DNA of 42,197 nt from Escherichia phage altidsur. Where the stretch lies: sequence record MN850568.1, one strand, 5' to 3'. The notes beneath the pieces are model-generated. The model saw only the letters and a list, made by a program, of their open reading frames with translations. It did not search any database and was not told the DNA's origin. This document shows, piece by piece, positions 24,567 through 33,757 of the stretch (positions are counted from its first letter, which is position 1; each line of letters begins with the position of its first letter). The position numbers and the translations under genes are program-made.

Positions 24567-25559
24567 GTGCCACGGGGGAAACCAATGAGCAGATTGAAAC
24601 GTCTACTCCACAACGCCGAGGAACTTGATGACCAGTTTGATGGTTACGTGTCTGGTCGTATCCTGCTGTGCGATGCTGACTCCACAGTCTACGTCGCGGC
24701 GGCAACCACGAAGAACATCGAGACAGCGAAGACGCGCTTCTGCTCAGGGGTGCTGACTGCTAAGTTCTTGGCCGCCGCCCAGTCTGTGCGTATCGAGCTG
24801 ACCGCTGCCGAGTGCAGCAAGGCTGGTCGGTACAAGCTGCGCGGTGTCAAGCCGTATCAAGGCAACCGCGACAAGGACAGAAAGCCCGGTCTGGTTGAGC
24901 CGTTGCGTAAGGCGATTGGCCGGAACATGTTCAACGTTCCTGATGGCGAGGACTGGTACGTCCACCTGAACTTTGAGTTCGAGGCAGACGACACCTTAAT
25001 CATGGACGCGTGGACGATTGGGCTGGAGGATGCTGTCATCTACAGTGCGGATAAAGACCTGCGCTGCTGGCCGGGCAGGTTCCTCGACCCATACGATAAC
25101 AAGGTGCTGGAGCCATGCAAAGGTATCGGCACATTGTGGTGGCATGAAACCAAGAGTGACAAGTCGCTCATTGGCCATGGCCCGATATTCTTTTGGGCGC
25201 AGATGCTGATGGGTGACACGGCAGACAACATCGCTGGTGTCAAGAAACTTGGCAAGCAGGCAGCTTACAATATGCTGAACGAGTATCAGGAAACTGATGA
25301 CGAGTCGGCAGTGGCTGAGCTGGTGCTGAGAGAATACATGGTGCGTGACCAGAACCCATGGCCGGAGGCTGTTGCTCTGTGGCTGTACCGCACGCCGACC
25401 TACTCATTCGCAGCTCACTTGAATACGCTGACCTTGAGCAAGGAGCTGCGTATCTGGTTGCATAAGAAATTGAGTGAGGAATGGTATGCGGAAAGTGACT
25501 GGCGCGACCTTGTTGCAGATGCGGAAGAATGCGATGGGCTGTCCTTGCCCACTCTGTAA
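24567..25559 (+). CDS. Putative 5'-3' exonuclease, 330 aa
   Basis: Position between DNA polymerase and endonuclease VII as in T7/phiKMV-type replication modules; size close to T7 gp6; Asp-rich N-terminal region. Call is synteny-based. Confidence 0.5.
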   Translation: MPRGKPMSRLKRLLHNAEELDDQFDGYVSGRILLCDADSTVYVAAATTKNIETAKTRFCSGVLTAKFLAAAQSVRIELTAAECSKAGRYKLRGVKPYQGNRDKDRKPGLVEPLRKAIGRNMFNVPDGEDWYVHLNFEFEADDTLIMDAWTIGLEDAVIYSADKDLRCWPGRFLDPYDNKVLEPCKGIGTLWWHETKSDKSLIGHGPIFFWAQMLMGDTADNIAGVKKLGKQAAYNMLNEYQETDDESAVAELVLREYMVRDQNPWPEAVALWLYRTPTYSFAAHLNTLTLSKELRIWLHKKLSEEWYAESDWRDLVADAEECDGLSLPTL

Positions 25560-25866
25560 CGAGCCGATGGTAGACCTCAAGCTCATGGTTGTTGACCACG
25601 ACCATGTGAGTGGGGAGATTCGCGGGGTCATCTGTCGCTGGTGTAATGCTCAGCTCGGTAAGGTAGAGAACTCTGCCAACCGAGCGAAGCGCCAGCGCAC
25701 TGTGGATGATTGGCTGGACAGCGCTATCGAGTGGCGACGTAAGCAACACACTGGTCTGATGTACCCAACGCACAAGACCGAGGCAGAGAAGAAGGCGGCA
25801 GTAGCCGACAGACGTAAGAAGGCAGCAGCCGCGAAAGCGCGAGCCTTATTGACTAAGGGGAAATGA
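25486..25866 (+). CDS. Endonuclease VII-type (His-Me finger/HNH-like) resolvase
   Basis: CPCPLCNEP...VVDHDHVSGEIRGVICRWCNAQLG matches the T4 endonuclease VII zinc/His-Me motif; start uncertain (25474-25534) and overlaps the exonuclease 3' end out of frame. Confidence 0.7.
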   Translation: MRKVTGATLLQMRKNAMGCPCPLCNEPMVDLKLMVVDHDHVSGEIRGVICRWCNAQLGKVENSANRAKRQRTVDDWLDSAIEWRRKQHTGLMYPTHKTEAEKKAAVADRRKKAAAAKARALLTKGK

Positions 25867-26990
25867 TGACCAAGTTAACGAATCACCAACTCAAAGAAGA
25901 CATTGCCGAAGGGCTTGGCACCAAAGCCATTGCGGATAAGCACGACATGACCGAGAGTGCCATCCGATACCGGAAGCGCCAGCTTGCCAAGAGCGGCTGG
26001 AGTCCTGAGCACGACATGACGAAGGAAGTACCGGAGCCGTATGCAGTCAAGGGTACGTCCACGCTGTACGATAAGGACGGCAACGTTGTCATGCAGTGGG
26101 TGAAGACTGCGCTCGACCGTGAGCAAGAGCTGGCTATGCTACAGGCAGCAGTTGATGCAATCAGTGAGAGCATCGTGCCGGAGCCGCCGCGCTTGTATGC
26201 AGGTCGCACAGCGCCAGCCGATTTGCTTAACCTGTTCGTCCTGACTGACTACCACCTCGGTATGCTGGCGTGGGCTGAGGAGACTGGCGACGACTGGGAT
26301 ATGAAGATTGCGGAAGACCTGCTGGTCAAGTGGTTCGCCGCCGCCATCGACAGTGCGCCGCCAGCTCAGGTTGCTATCTTCGGACAGCTCGGTGACTTCC
26401 TGCACTGGGATGGGCTGGATGCAGTAACGCCGTCGAGTGGTCATGTGCTGGATGCTGACACGCGATTCCAGAAGTTGGTGCGTGTGGCCATTCGAGCGCA
26501 GCGCCGCATCATTGGTATGCTGCTGGAGAAGTTCCCGCAGGTTCACGTAGTGTGTGCCGAGGGCAACCATGACATGGCCAGCTCTATCTGGATGCGTGAG
26601 CTGCTGCATGTACTGTACGCCGACGAGCCGCGTGTTACTGTTGACCGCAGCCCTGACCCGTACTACTGCTATGAGCATGGTGAGACGGCACTGTTCTTCC
26701 ACCATGGCCACAAGCGTAAGGCAGAACAACTGGAGACTGTACTGGTCGCCAAGTTCCGCGAAGTGTATGGCCGAACCAAACATGCTTATGCACACGTTGG
26801 CCACCTGCATCACAAGAAGGTACTGGAGTCTGGTGTTATGGTTGTCGAGCAGCACCGTACGCTGGCGGCGAAGGATGCCTACGCTTCTCGTGGTGGTTGG
26901 CTGAGCGAGCGCAGCGCGAGCGTGATTACGTACCATACCCGGTACGGCGAGGTTGCACGATTCACGATTAGCCCGGAGATGTTAGAGTGA
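25863..26990 (+). CDS. Calcineurin-like metallophosphoesterase with N-terminal HTH-like region, 375 aa
   Basis: Metallophosphatase motifs in order: LGDFLHWDG, AEGNHD, FFHHGH, VGHLHH; N-terminal ~40 aa helix-turn-helix-like. Confidence 0.65.
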   Translation: MMTKLTNHQLKEDIAEGLGTKAIADKHDMTESAIRYRKRQLAKSGWSPEHDMTKEVPEPYAVKGTSTLYDKDGNVVMQWVKTALDREQELAMLQAAVDAISESIVPEPPRLYAGRTAPADLLNLFVLTDYHLGMLAWAEETGDDWDMKIAEDLLVKWFAAAIDSAPPAQVAIFGQLGDFLHWDGLDAVTPSSGHVLDADTRFQKLVRVAIRAQRRIIGMLLEKFPQVHVVCAEGNHDMASSIWMRELLHVLYADEPRVTVDRSPDPYYCYEHGETALFFHHGHKRKAEQLETVLVAKFREVYGRTKHAYAHVGHLHHKKVLESGVMVVEQHRTLAAKDAYASRGGWLSERSASVITYHTRYGEVARFTISPEMLE

Positions 26991-27211
26991 CACGAACCCT
27001 GTACCAAGAAGATGTGGTACAGCTTAAAGAAGATGGCCTCTCGATTGAGTGGGAGGCCAACACTCAGGTTGAGCTGTACAAAGATGGCACCGTCTGCATT
27101 TCTCAGGACGGTGAGGAAGTCTGGTTGCCTTGGGCGTACGTCCGAGACGTTATCTTTGCTCTTGAGGAAGCACACGATGCACATGAAAGACACCGTAGTA
27201 GTAGACCTTGA
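26987..27211 (+). CDS. Small hypothetical protein, 74 aa (GTG start)
   Basis: GTG overlapping the upstream TGA; overlaps the next gene by ~35 nt; weak. Confidence 0.35.
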   Translation: MTRTLYQEDVVQLKEDGLSIEWEANTQVELYKDGTVCISQDGEEVWLPWAYVRDVIFALEEAHDAHERHRSSRP

Positions 27212-27680
27212 TGGTACGCTGGCCGATGGCCGCTGGCGTTTGCACCTGCTGCCTCCACCGGAGCGTCGGCACCTTGACGAAGCGTGGGCCGAGTTCAACT
27301 TGGCTGGCGCTGACGACCCTGCGTTTCAGGATACGATTGACATTGTGAACGCTCTGGCCCTCACGTATCGCATTGTCATCCTGACTGGACGCGGGGCCGT
27401 GGCCCGTGAAGTAACAGAGCAGTGGCTCGACGAAGCTGGCGTTGTTTACGACAAGCTAATCATGAGAGAGATTGGTGACTGCCGTAAGGACACAGAGATG
27501 AAGCTATCCGCTCTGGAGGATATTGGTATCGAGAACATCGTGTGTGCTTTCGATGACCTGCCGCACATCGTGGACTTCATGCGAAGCCTCGGCATCACAG
27601 TGTATGAAGTGACCCGGTACGAGGACAACCATGAGTACGTCCACGCCAATGCCAAATACGATGGAGACAAAGATGAGTAA
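27177..27680 (+). CDS. HAD-superfamily phosphatase (polynucleotide 3'-phosphatase-like), ~167 aa
   Basis: HAD motif I VVVDLDGTLAD near the N-terminus and a late acidic motif (FDDLPH); internal ATG of track ORF 27012..27680. Confidence 0.6.
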   Translation: MHMKDTVVVDLDGTLADGRWRLHLLPPPERRHLDEAWAEFNLAGADDPAFQDTIDIVNALALTYRIVILTGRGAVAREVTEQWLDEAGVVYDKLIMREIGDCRKDTEMKLSALEDIGIENIVCAFDDLPHIVDFMRSLGITVYEVTRYEDNHEYVHANAKYDGDKDE

Positions 27681-28257
27681 ACGTGGTGACAAGTTCTGTC
27701 TGGATATTAACCGCGACTACCAAAGCCCACGGCTCAACGCTATGCGGGACAACGGCATCATCCTGACGTACGATGAACCCTATGATGTACCTAATGACAG
27801 CAGGGATTATTACACCTACGTTTGGGACGGCAGGACGGAACATCTGGTACTGGAGCCTTATGAGGTACAGCCAGTCCAGACTGCGTTCATTGAGAACGAC
27901 CCATATGACCCGGCCTCTGATGTTGAGGTGGCCGTGGCCATTGGTCAGGGTGTTGGTGGGCCGGGCGGTATGAAGTTCGACGGCGGCAAACCGCGCATGG
28001 CCCTGCTGTTCGACGGTTGCCCGAATGCACTGGAGGCTGTAGCCAGCGTGCTAACCTTCGGTGCTCAGAAGTACGCAGCTCACTCGTGGCAGACCGTACC
28101 GGAAGGTGAGGAACGCTACAAGTCAGCGCTGCTTCGTCACCTGACCGCAGTGGGTAAGGGTGAGGAGACTGACCCGGAATCCAATCTGCACCATCTGGCG
28201 CACGCTGCTTGCAATGCGCTGTTCATTCTGGAACTTGCTTTAAGGAAAACGAAATGA
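27673..28257 (+). CDS. Conserved phage protein resembling dATP/dGTP pyrophosphohydrolase-type nucleotide hydrolase domains, ~194 aa
   Basis: Segment KFDGGKPRMALL...FGAQKYAAHSWQ...RYKSALLRHL...ESNLHHLAHAACNALFILE; family assignment from memory only. ATG overlaps the upstream stop (ATGAGTAA). Confidence 0.5.
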   Translation: MSKRGDKFCLDINRDYQSPRLNAMRDNGIILTYDEPYDVPNDSRDYYTYVWDGRTEHLVLEPYEVQPVQTAFIENDPYDPASDVEVAVAIGQGVGGPGGMKFDGGKPRMALLFDGCPNALEAVASVLTFGAQKYAAHSWQTVPEGEERYKSALLRHLTAVGKGEETDPESNLHHLAHAACNALFILELALRKTK

Positions 28258-28433
28258 GTGCTTTACTTTATGTGATTGCTTTGTTCTGGTTCGTGTACTT
28301 TACACTGGCCACCCTCAGCGCGTGCAAGTCTTATAACTTGACGCACTACCCGACACGGGCTGGCTCTGCTGGTTTCGTTGTGTGGGTACTGTTGGCTGTA
28401 CTGCCAACTTGGTTCATCTGCTATCTGGCGTAG
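28254..28433 (+). CDS. Small two-TM membrane protein (holin-like topology), 59 aa
   Basis: ATGA-coupled internal ATG of track ORF 28209..28433; hydrophobic helices LLYVIALFWFVYFTLATL and FVVWVLLAVLPTWFICYLA. Confidence 0.5.
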   Translation: MSALLYVIALFWFVYFTLATLSACKSYNLTHYPTRAGSAGFVVWVLLAVLPTWFICYLA

Positions 28434-28441
28434 GGGATTGT

Positions 28442-28747
28442 ATGAGTCGTTATCAGAGAGCTGTCGATGACACAGCGGTAGACAAGAATGTGTGCGGTGC
28501 GTGCCATGGGAGTGGCACCTACCGGGGCATGTTGATTGGTGGGCAGGTAGTCCTGATGGATTGCGAAGCCTGCGGCGGTACGGGTACGAATAACAGCACG
28601 CTTCAACACGAGGTGCTGGCAGACTTAGGGCAGCGCAACCAAGCGCAGCCCGGTTATGATAAGCCTACCTATGGCGTTGGTATTGTCGAAGAATTTCAAG
28701 ACGATGCGGCTGAGGTTGAGCGGTTAGCTGGACAAATTAAGGAGTAG
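28442..28747 (+). CDS. Zinc-finger protein (DnaJ-like CxxCxGxG repeats), 101 aa
   Basis: CGACHGSGTY and CEACGGTGT motifs; internal ATG of track ORF 28382..28747 with GGGG RBS. Confidence 0.5.
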   Translation: MSRYQRAVDDTAVDKNVCGACHGSGTYRGMLIGGQVVLMDCEACGGTGTNNSTLQHEVLADLGQRNQAQPGYDKPTYGVGIVEEFQDDAAEVERLAGQIKE

Positions 28748-28749
28748 TT

Positions 28750-31182
28750 GTGGACTTACTTGCTGAGCAGATTCGACTTGAAGAAGAAGCACGAGCCAGA
28801 CACCGCGAGGGCTGGCTGGACAATATCAAAGAAGCCATGGCTAGTGGCCGGGCCGGGTCGGTGCCGTTGCTCCAGCGTATGATGGTAGAGGCGTATCCTC
28901 TTGTCGAAGCTGCGATGCAAGAAACCCTGAACGAAACGACCCGTGGGTACGGTGCGCAGTACCGGACGTACATGCGTGAGATTGGCACCAAGGCGTGTGC
29001 CTCTCTTGCACTGAGCATGGCGGTGTCCGGTGCTGCGTCGGAGCAGGCGGTGCTGAGTCTGCTTAAGAGTATGGGTAAAGCGCTGATGGCTGAGGTGGTG
29101 TATCTCCGGGCGAAGCAGACCGGGCCACAGCAGGCAGCGTACATGGAGCGCGTGAAGCAGGACGTTAAGAAGTCCCGGTCGAAGTCAGCCAACCACGTCT
29201 ACAACAAAGCGCGTGCGTCGGCGGCGAACGTTGGGGTCGAGATTGATGTGCTGCCGCAGCGTGCTCTGATTACCATTGGCAAGCTGATGATGAAATGCGT
29301 GGAGCCAACTGGGTTGGTGGCTACGATTCGCGTCGGCGGCAACCAACGTCAGCGCGGTACGGCACACTTCGCACTGCATGAGGATGTGCTGGCTACGATG
29401 AACGACTGGCTGGACATGCCGCGTGCTGATGGCATGTGCTGCCCACCGTTGATTATCCCACCGAAGCAGATTGCACCGAACGGTCGCAGCGGTATGTGGC
29501 ACTCGGATGGGCAGGCGGCGATGTACCGGGTAATGAGTCGCATGAACCACAAAGGGTATCGTGCATTGAACGTTGACCCGACCCCTGTTATAGAGCCGTG
29601 TATGATGCTCAGCAGCGTTCCGTACCGAATTAACCCAATGGTACTGGAGTTCCTGAGAACGAACCGTACAGGCGTTATGGGGCTGCCTGTGCCGCCTCGT
29701 GAGCCTAAGCTCCCATTCACCATCCCGGCTGGTGTCAGCTTCGCGCAGTACATCAGCAAGTTCCCACCAGAGATGCAGCAGCAGATGGATGCCGAGGCTC
29801 ATGAGTACAAGGTTAAGACTCGCTTGTATTACAATGAGTTGCGTAAGTTCACGTCGCAGATGCTGGCGCTGAATGGTGCAGTCAAAGAGGCAGAGCGCTA
29901 TGCGCATTATGACCGGGTATACCTCCCGACCTACGCTGATACACGGGGCCGAATTTATTATTCTTCGACCCTTAACCCTCAGTCCATCGACGCAGTGCGA
30001 GCGCTGCTCGAACTTGCTGAACCAGTGGCTCTCGGAAGTGAGGGGTTATTCTGGCTCAAGGTACATGTTGCGAATTGCTTCGGCTACGACGCGACAGACT
30101 TCGAAGACCGGGCGGCGTGGACGGACAAGACACTCCCCCGACTACGTGAGGCGTGCCGTCTTCCAGAGGCATTTGATTCGTTCTGGTCAGAGGCCGATAG
30201 CCCTATCAGCGCGTGGGCTGCATCTGTTGAACTCATTCGCGCTATCGACTCAGGAAATCCTGCGGCTTATCCCTGCCGAGTGGTTACACAATGGGACGCT
30301 ACCTGTTCAGGATTACAGCACCTCAGTGCGATGTTACGAGATGAGGTTGGAGGTGCTGCTGTCAATCTTATCGACAGCGTGGGAAGAAAAGCAGACATAT
30401 ATCTCAAGACGGCAGCAGCGGCGATGCAGGCTCTTGAAGAAAGTGAGGCAGCAGCGCCGACGCAAATGGGTACGTGGCTTGTTAGCATCGGCATCGTTCG
30501 GGCTATGGCCAAGAAGCCAGTGATGACCTACGTGTACGGGGCAACCCGGCATGGTATGGTTGATTACTACTGCCTGTATCTGCGTGAGAACCGGGTCAAG
30601 CTGCCGGACGGCAAGAGCCTGCTGGAGTGTGCGCAGTTCATCGCAGAGTTCATGTGGAACGCTATCCCTCGCGTTGTGCCGAAGGCGGCTGAGCTGATGG
30701 CATGGTTGCAGGCTATCGCAGTTGAGGCGGCAGCCAACGGCGAGTACGTGGAAATCATCGCACCGTCAGGGTTGCGGGTGGTTAACCTGTACCAAGCCAG
30801 TAAGGAGACGATGCTCAACAACATCAACCTCATGGGTATCCACAGCATTAAGCTGCGTGAGTATCTGGACAAGCCGGACAGCCGGAAGTGTGCTGCTGCG
30901 ATTGCTCCGAATTTCGTACACGCTATGGATGCCAGCCACATGATGAAGGTGCTGTGGGAGATGTGGAACAACGGGGTGTACATGGTATCCATCCATGACT
31001 CGTTCGGTGTTGCGGCGGCACATGCTGGTCTGCTGCATAAGGTCATTCGTGAAAAGTTCGTACAGATGTATGAGCAACATGACCCAATTCAACAGCTTGC
31101 GGTAAGATACAATGCTGTTGCACCAGAACGGGGTAATCTGGACATCCAGCTTGTGAAACAATCAAGCAAGTTTTTCTGCTAA
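28750..31182 (+). CDS. DNA-directed RNA polymerase, T7-like single-subunit, 810 aa
   Basis: Motif WDATCSGLQHLSAMLRD (compare T7 DGSCSGIQHFSAMLRD) and IHDSFG catalytic motif; GTG start; located directly upstream of the structural module. Confidence 0.9.
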   Translation: MDLLAEQIRLEEEARARHREGWLDNIKEAMASGRAGSVPLLQRMMVEAYPLVEAAMQETLNETTRGYGAQYRTYMREIGTKACASLALSMAVSGAASEQAVLSLLKSMGKALMAEVVYLRAKQTGPQQAAYMERVKQDVKKSRSKSANHVYNKARASAANVGVEIDVLPQRALITIGKLMMKCVEPTGLVATIRVGGNQRQRGTAHFALHEDVLATMNDWLDMPRADGMCCPPLIIPPKQIAPNGRSGMWHSDGQAAMYRVMSRMNHKGYRALNVDPTPVIEPCMMLSSVPYRINPMVLEFLRTNRTGVMGLPVPPREPKLPFTIPAGVSFAQYISKFPPEMQQQMDAEAHEYKVKTRLYYNELRKFTSQMLALNGAVKEAERYAHYDRVYLPTYADTRGRIYYSSTLNPQSIDAVRALLELAEPVALGSEGLFWLKVHVANCFGYDATDFEDRAAWTDKTLPRLREACRLPEAFDSFWSEADSPISAWAASVELIRAIDSGNPAAYPCRVVTQWDATCSGLQHLSAMLRDEVGGAAVNLIDSVGRKADIYLKTAAAAMQALEESEAAAPTQMGTWLVSIGIVRAMAKKPVMTYVYGATRHGMVDYYCLYLRENRVKLPDGKSLLECAQFIAEFMWNAIPRVVPKAAELMAWLQAIAVEAAANGEYVEIIAPSGLRVVNLYQASKETMLNNINLMGIHSIKLREYLDKPDSRKCAAAIAPNFVHAMDASHMMKVLWEMWNNGVYMVSIHDSFGVAAAHAGLLHKVIREKFVQMYEQHDPIQQLAVRYNAVAPERGNLDIQLVKQSSKFFC

Positions 31183-31207
31183 TAAATAGTGATATGTATC
31201 ATTGACT

Positions 31208-31233
31208 TATATGAAAGTGTCTATAGTGATATG
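31208..31233 (+). promoter_or_regulatory. 22-bp phage promoter-like motif ATGAAAGTGTCTATAGTGATAT, flanked by direct repeats of TAGTGATATGTATCA
   Basis: Identical over 22 bp to the reverse complement of 10731-10752; partial copies at 17184-17205 and 31498-31519; lies in the gap between the RNA polymerase gene and the structural genes. Confidence 0.5.
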
Positions 31234-31293
31234 TATCACGCTACCGGTAGCCCCGTCAGTGGCGGGGGTTACTGCCACTAAGAGAGGATTGTA

Positions 31294-31485
31294 ATGGGTA
31301 AAGAATCTCCATTAGAAAGAGTTACCTTCACGAAAGCTCAGTTAGCTCTACTGGAAAAACACTTCGGAACTTGGGCGGCGGTAGGTAAGACTGTAACCCC
31401 TGATACCAACCTGCCACTGATTAACAGAGAAGCTGGTAAGCAGGATGTGCTGGACTTCATCCGTGAACGTGTCATTGGGTTGTAG
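31294..31485 (+). CDS. Small hypothetical protein, 63 aa
   Basis: ORF with AGAGAGGA RBS downstream of the promoter-like motif. Confidence 0.5.
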   Translation: MGKESPLERVTFTKAQLALLEKHFGTWAAVGKTVTPDTNLPLINREAGKQDVLDFIRERVIGL

Positions 31486-31497
31486 GGAGAGTTGTCG

Positions 31498-31519
31498 TTA
31501 TGAAAGTGTCTACTATGGG
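31498..31519 (+). promoter_or_regulatory. Phage promoter-like motif copy (TTATGAAAGTGTCTACTATGGG)
   Basis: First 13 core positions identical to the 31211-31232 motif; overlaps the first ATG of the next ORF. Confidence 0.35.
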
Positions 31520-31919
31520 AAATACATCACACACGACAATGCCACTCGACATTCGCCGTGCTGTGGCCGAGGGCATTCAAGCTGAGCGGCCATGGTCTGA
31601 CTTATCTCCCGATGTGATTGTTGACAGCATGTACGAGGCCACCGCCTCCGGTTGTGTTGACGTTTACATCACTGACGATGACGACAGCCTCATGGCCGTT
31701 GCACACATCGGCAGGTTATTCGATATTCATGTGGGCGAGATGGTGGTCGTTATGGCCTCATACGTCTGGCCCCCGTACAGAAACCGTGGAGTGATGCGTG
31801 CCATCCTCCGTGTACTCAAAGACGTGGCCCGTTCAGAGGGTGTACGTTGGTGCGGTTACTCCCATATGGTGCGGCCTTACGTTCAGGAGTACCGCTTCAT
31901 TGATTTGGAGAAACCGTAA
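31515..31919 (+). CDS. Hypothetical protein, possibly GNAT-like acetyltransferase, ~134 aa
   Basis: Motif YRNRGVMRAILRVL resembles GNAT motif A; start placed at the second ATG because the first (31500) lies inside the promoter-like motif. Confidence 0.45.
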   Translation: MGNTSHTTMPLDIRRAVAEGIQAERPWSDLSPDVIVDSMYEATASGCVDVYITDDDDSLMAVAHIGRLFDIHVGEMVVVMASYVWPPYRNRGVMRAILRVLKDVARSEGVRWCGYSHMVRPYVQEYRFIDLEKP

Positions 31920-32179
31920 TGGGTAGCGTAGGCAAAGTATTCAAGGGCATTGGCTCGGTCTTCGGGCTGGGTAGCCAAAAGCCTCAGTACACTATCAAGA
32001 CTGACCCCGCTCAGATTAAAGCCGAGACGATGCAGGCTAACCTTGCCGCCGACCTCGGTAACGAGAACACCCCAACCATTCAGGCAGGTGGCCAAGTAAG
32101 CTCGGCCTCTGATACGCTGGGTGGTCGCCGCCGTCGCACCGGAACTGGTGTGGCAAGTAACCTCGGCATTGGGAGCTAA
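31919..32179 (+). CDS. Small Gly-rich protein upstream of the portal (possible virion protein), 86 aa
   Basis: TAATG-coupled ORF immediately before the portal gene, in the position of T7 gp6.7/7.3-type small virion proteins. Confidence 0.5.
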   Translation: MGSVGKVFKGIGSVFGLGSQKPQYTIKTDPAQIKAETMQANLAADLGNENTPTIQAGGQVSSASDTLGGRRRRTGTGVASNLGIGS

Positions 32180-32181
32180 GC

Positions 32182-33747
32182 ATGACTCAAGACGCGCAGA
32201 ACGTCAGCTATGAGTCTCTGTGGCAGAAGTACCGGGATAGCAACGTTGTCACCAAAGCGCGGGAGTACAGCCGCTATACACTGGCTAAGCTGGTGAGCGA
32301 GTACGACCGCAGTGACGTGGACGACATGAACCGCCAGCAGATTACTCGTGATTACCAGTCTGTCGGCGCTCTGCTCGTCAACAACCTAGTTGCCAAACTG
32401 GGTGAGTTCCTGTTCCCGGCTTCCGCTCGATTCGTGAAGCTGAAATTAAACAAGGTGTCTGACCAACAGCGGCAGTCTATGTCGCAAGTTAATCAGGCGC
32501 TTATCACTATTGAAAAGGCCATCGTAGACAAAGCCAAAGAGAATGGCGGCTACGCTGACCTGCTCCAAGCAATTGCCCAACAAGCTGTGACCGGAAACGC
32601 CGCGCTGTACCGCGATATGGAAACTGGTTCGTACCGAGTGTACGGATTGGAATCCTTCGTGGTGCAGCGCGACGGTCGTGGCGTTGTGGTGGATGCTATC
32701 GTGAAGGAGCGCATCCAGTGGGATTCTCTGCCCAAGGACTTTCAGAATGAACTGAACTCCAAAGGCTTCCGCTGCGGTGGGAACAAACGCGTATGGCTGT
32801 ACACTCGTGTGCTCCGCGTCCAGAAGGACAGCGGCACGTACGGCTACGAAATCACGCAGCAGATTGGTAACTACCAAGGTTGCGTCTATACCCCCGGTAA
32901 GGATTACTACCCTGAAAAAGTCTGCCCATGGTTATTCCCAGTGTGGTCTTTGAAGTCTGGCGAGCATTACGGTCGCGGGATTGTCGAAGACCACGCTGGG
33001 GATTTCGCACGTCTGTCCATGCTGTCTGAGCATTCGGCTCTGTACATGCAGGAAGCGCTGCGCGTGCTGTGGATGCTCACTGGTTCTGGCGGCAACGCCG
33101 ATGACATTGAGAGCGCAGAGACTGGTCAGGTCATTCCACTCCAGAACGGCACATCGCTGTCCGGCTTGGAGGTCGGGGATTACCAGAAAGTTCAACAGGC
33201 CCGTGACGAAATCAACCAGATTGTGCAGCGATTGGCGCAAGCCTTCATGTACACTGGCGAGTTCCGTGACTCCGAACGTACCACCGCCACCGAAGTGCAG
33301 CAGGTAGCAACCAGCGCCGAACGTGGGCTGGGTGGCCCGTACTCAATGCAGGCTAAGACCCTCCAGATTCCTCTGGCGTACGTCCTGCTCGCGGAGATTG
33401 ACGAGTCCACCGTACCTGACATCGTAGGCAATATCCTGTCGCTTCAAGTTGAAGCTGGTCTGGATGCCCTCGGTCGCAGCATTGAAGCAGAGACGCTGAT
33501 TCGTGCGCTCTCTGACTCGCAGGCAGCAATGGTTGCTGTCCAAAATATTAATGGCGTTGCTAACACCATCGACCCACAGAAAGTCCTTGAGGTTATCTTC
33601 GCATCCAACGGTGTTGCGCTTGACGACTATCGTAAGTCGGCACAAGACTTGGCCCAAGAAGGGCAGGCCATCGACAATGCAGCTCAGGCTGCCGCAGGCG
33701 TTCAGCCGGGCGCAGTCGATGTAGCGCCTAACATCGCACAGATTTAA
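32182..33747 (+). CDS. Portal (head-tail connector) protein, 521 aa
   Basis: Size and position (first large gene of the structural block, followed by scaffold and capsid) match T7 gp8-type portals. Confidence 0.8.
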   Translation: MTQDAQNVSYESLWQKYRDSNVVTKAREYSRYTLAKLVSEYDRSDVDDMNRQQITRDYQSVGALLVNNLVAKLGEFLFPASARFVKLKLNKVSDQQRQSMSQVNQALITIEKAIVDKAKENGGYADLLQAIAQQAVTGNAALYRDMETGSYRVYGLESFVVQRDGRGVVVDAIVKERIQWDSLPKDFQNELNSKGFRCGGNKRVWLYTRVLRVQKDSGTYGYEITQQIGNYQGCVYTPGKDYYPEKVCPWLFPVWSLKSGEHYGRGIVEDHAGDFARLSMLSEHSALYMQEALRVLWMLTGSGGNADDIESAETGQVIPLQNGTSLSGLEVGDYQKVQQARDEINQIVQRLAQAFMYTGEFRDSERTTATEVQQVATSAERGLGGPYSMQAKTLQIPLAYVLLAEIDESTVPDIVGNILSLQVEAGLDALGRSIEAETLIRALSDSQAAMVAVQNINGVANTIDPQKVLEVIFASNGVALDDYRKSAQDLAQEGQAIDNAAQAAAGVQPGAVDVAPNIAQI

Positions 33748-33757
33748 TGGAGAATAC

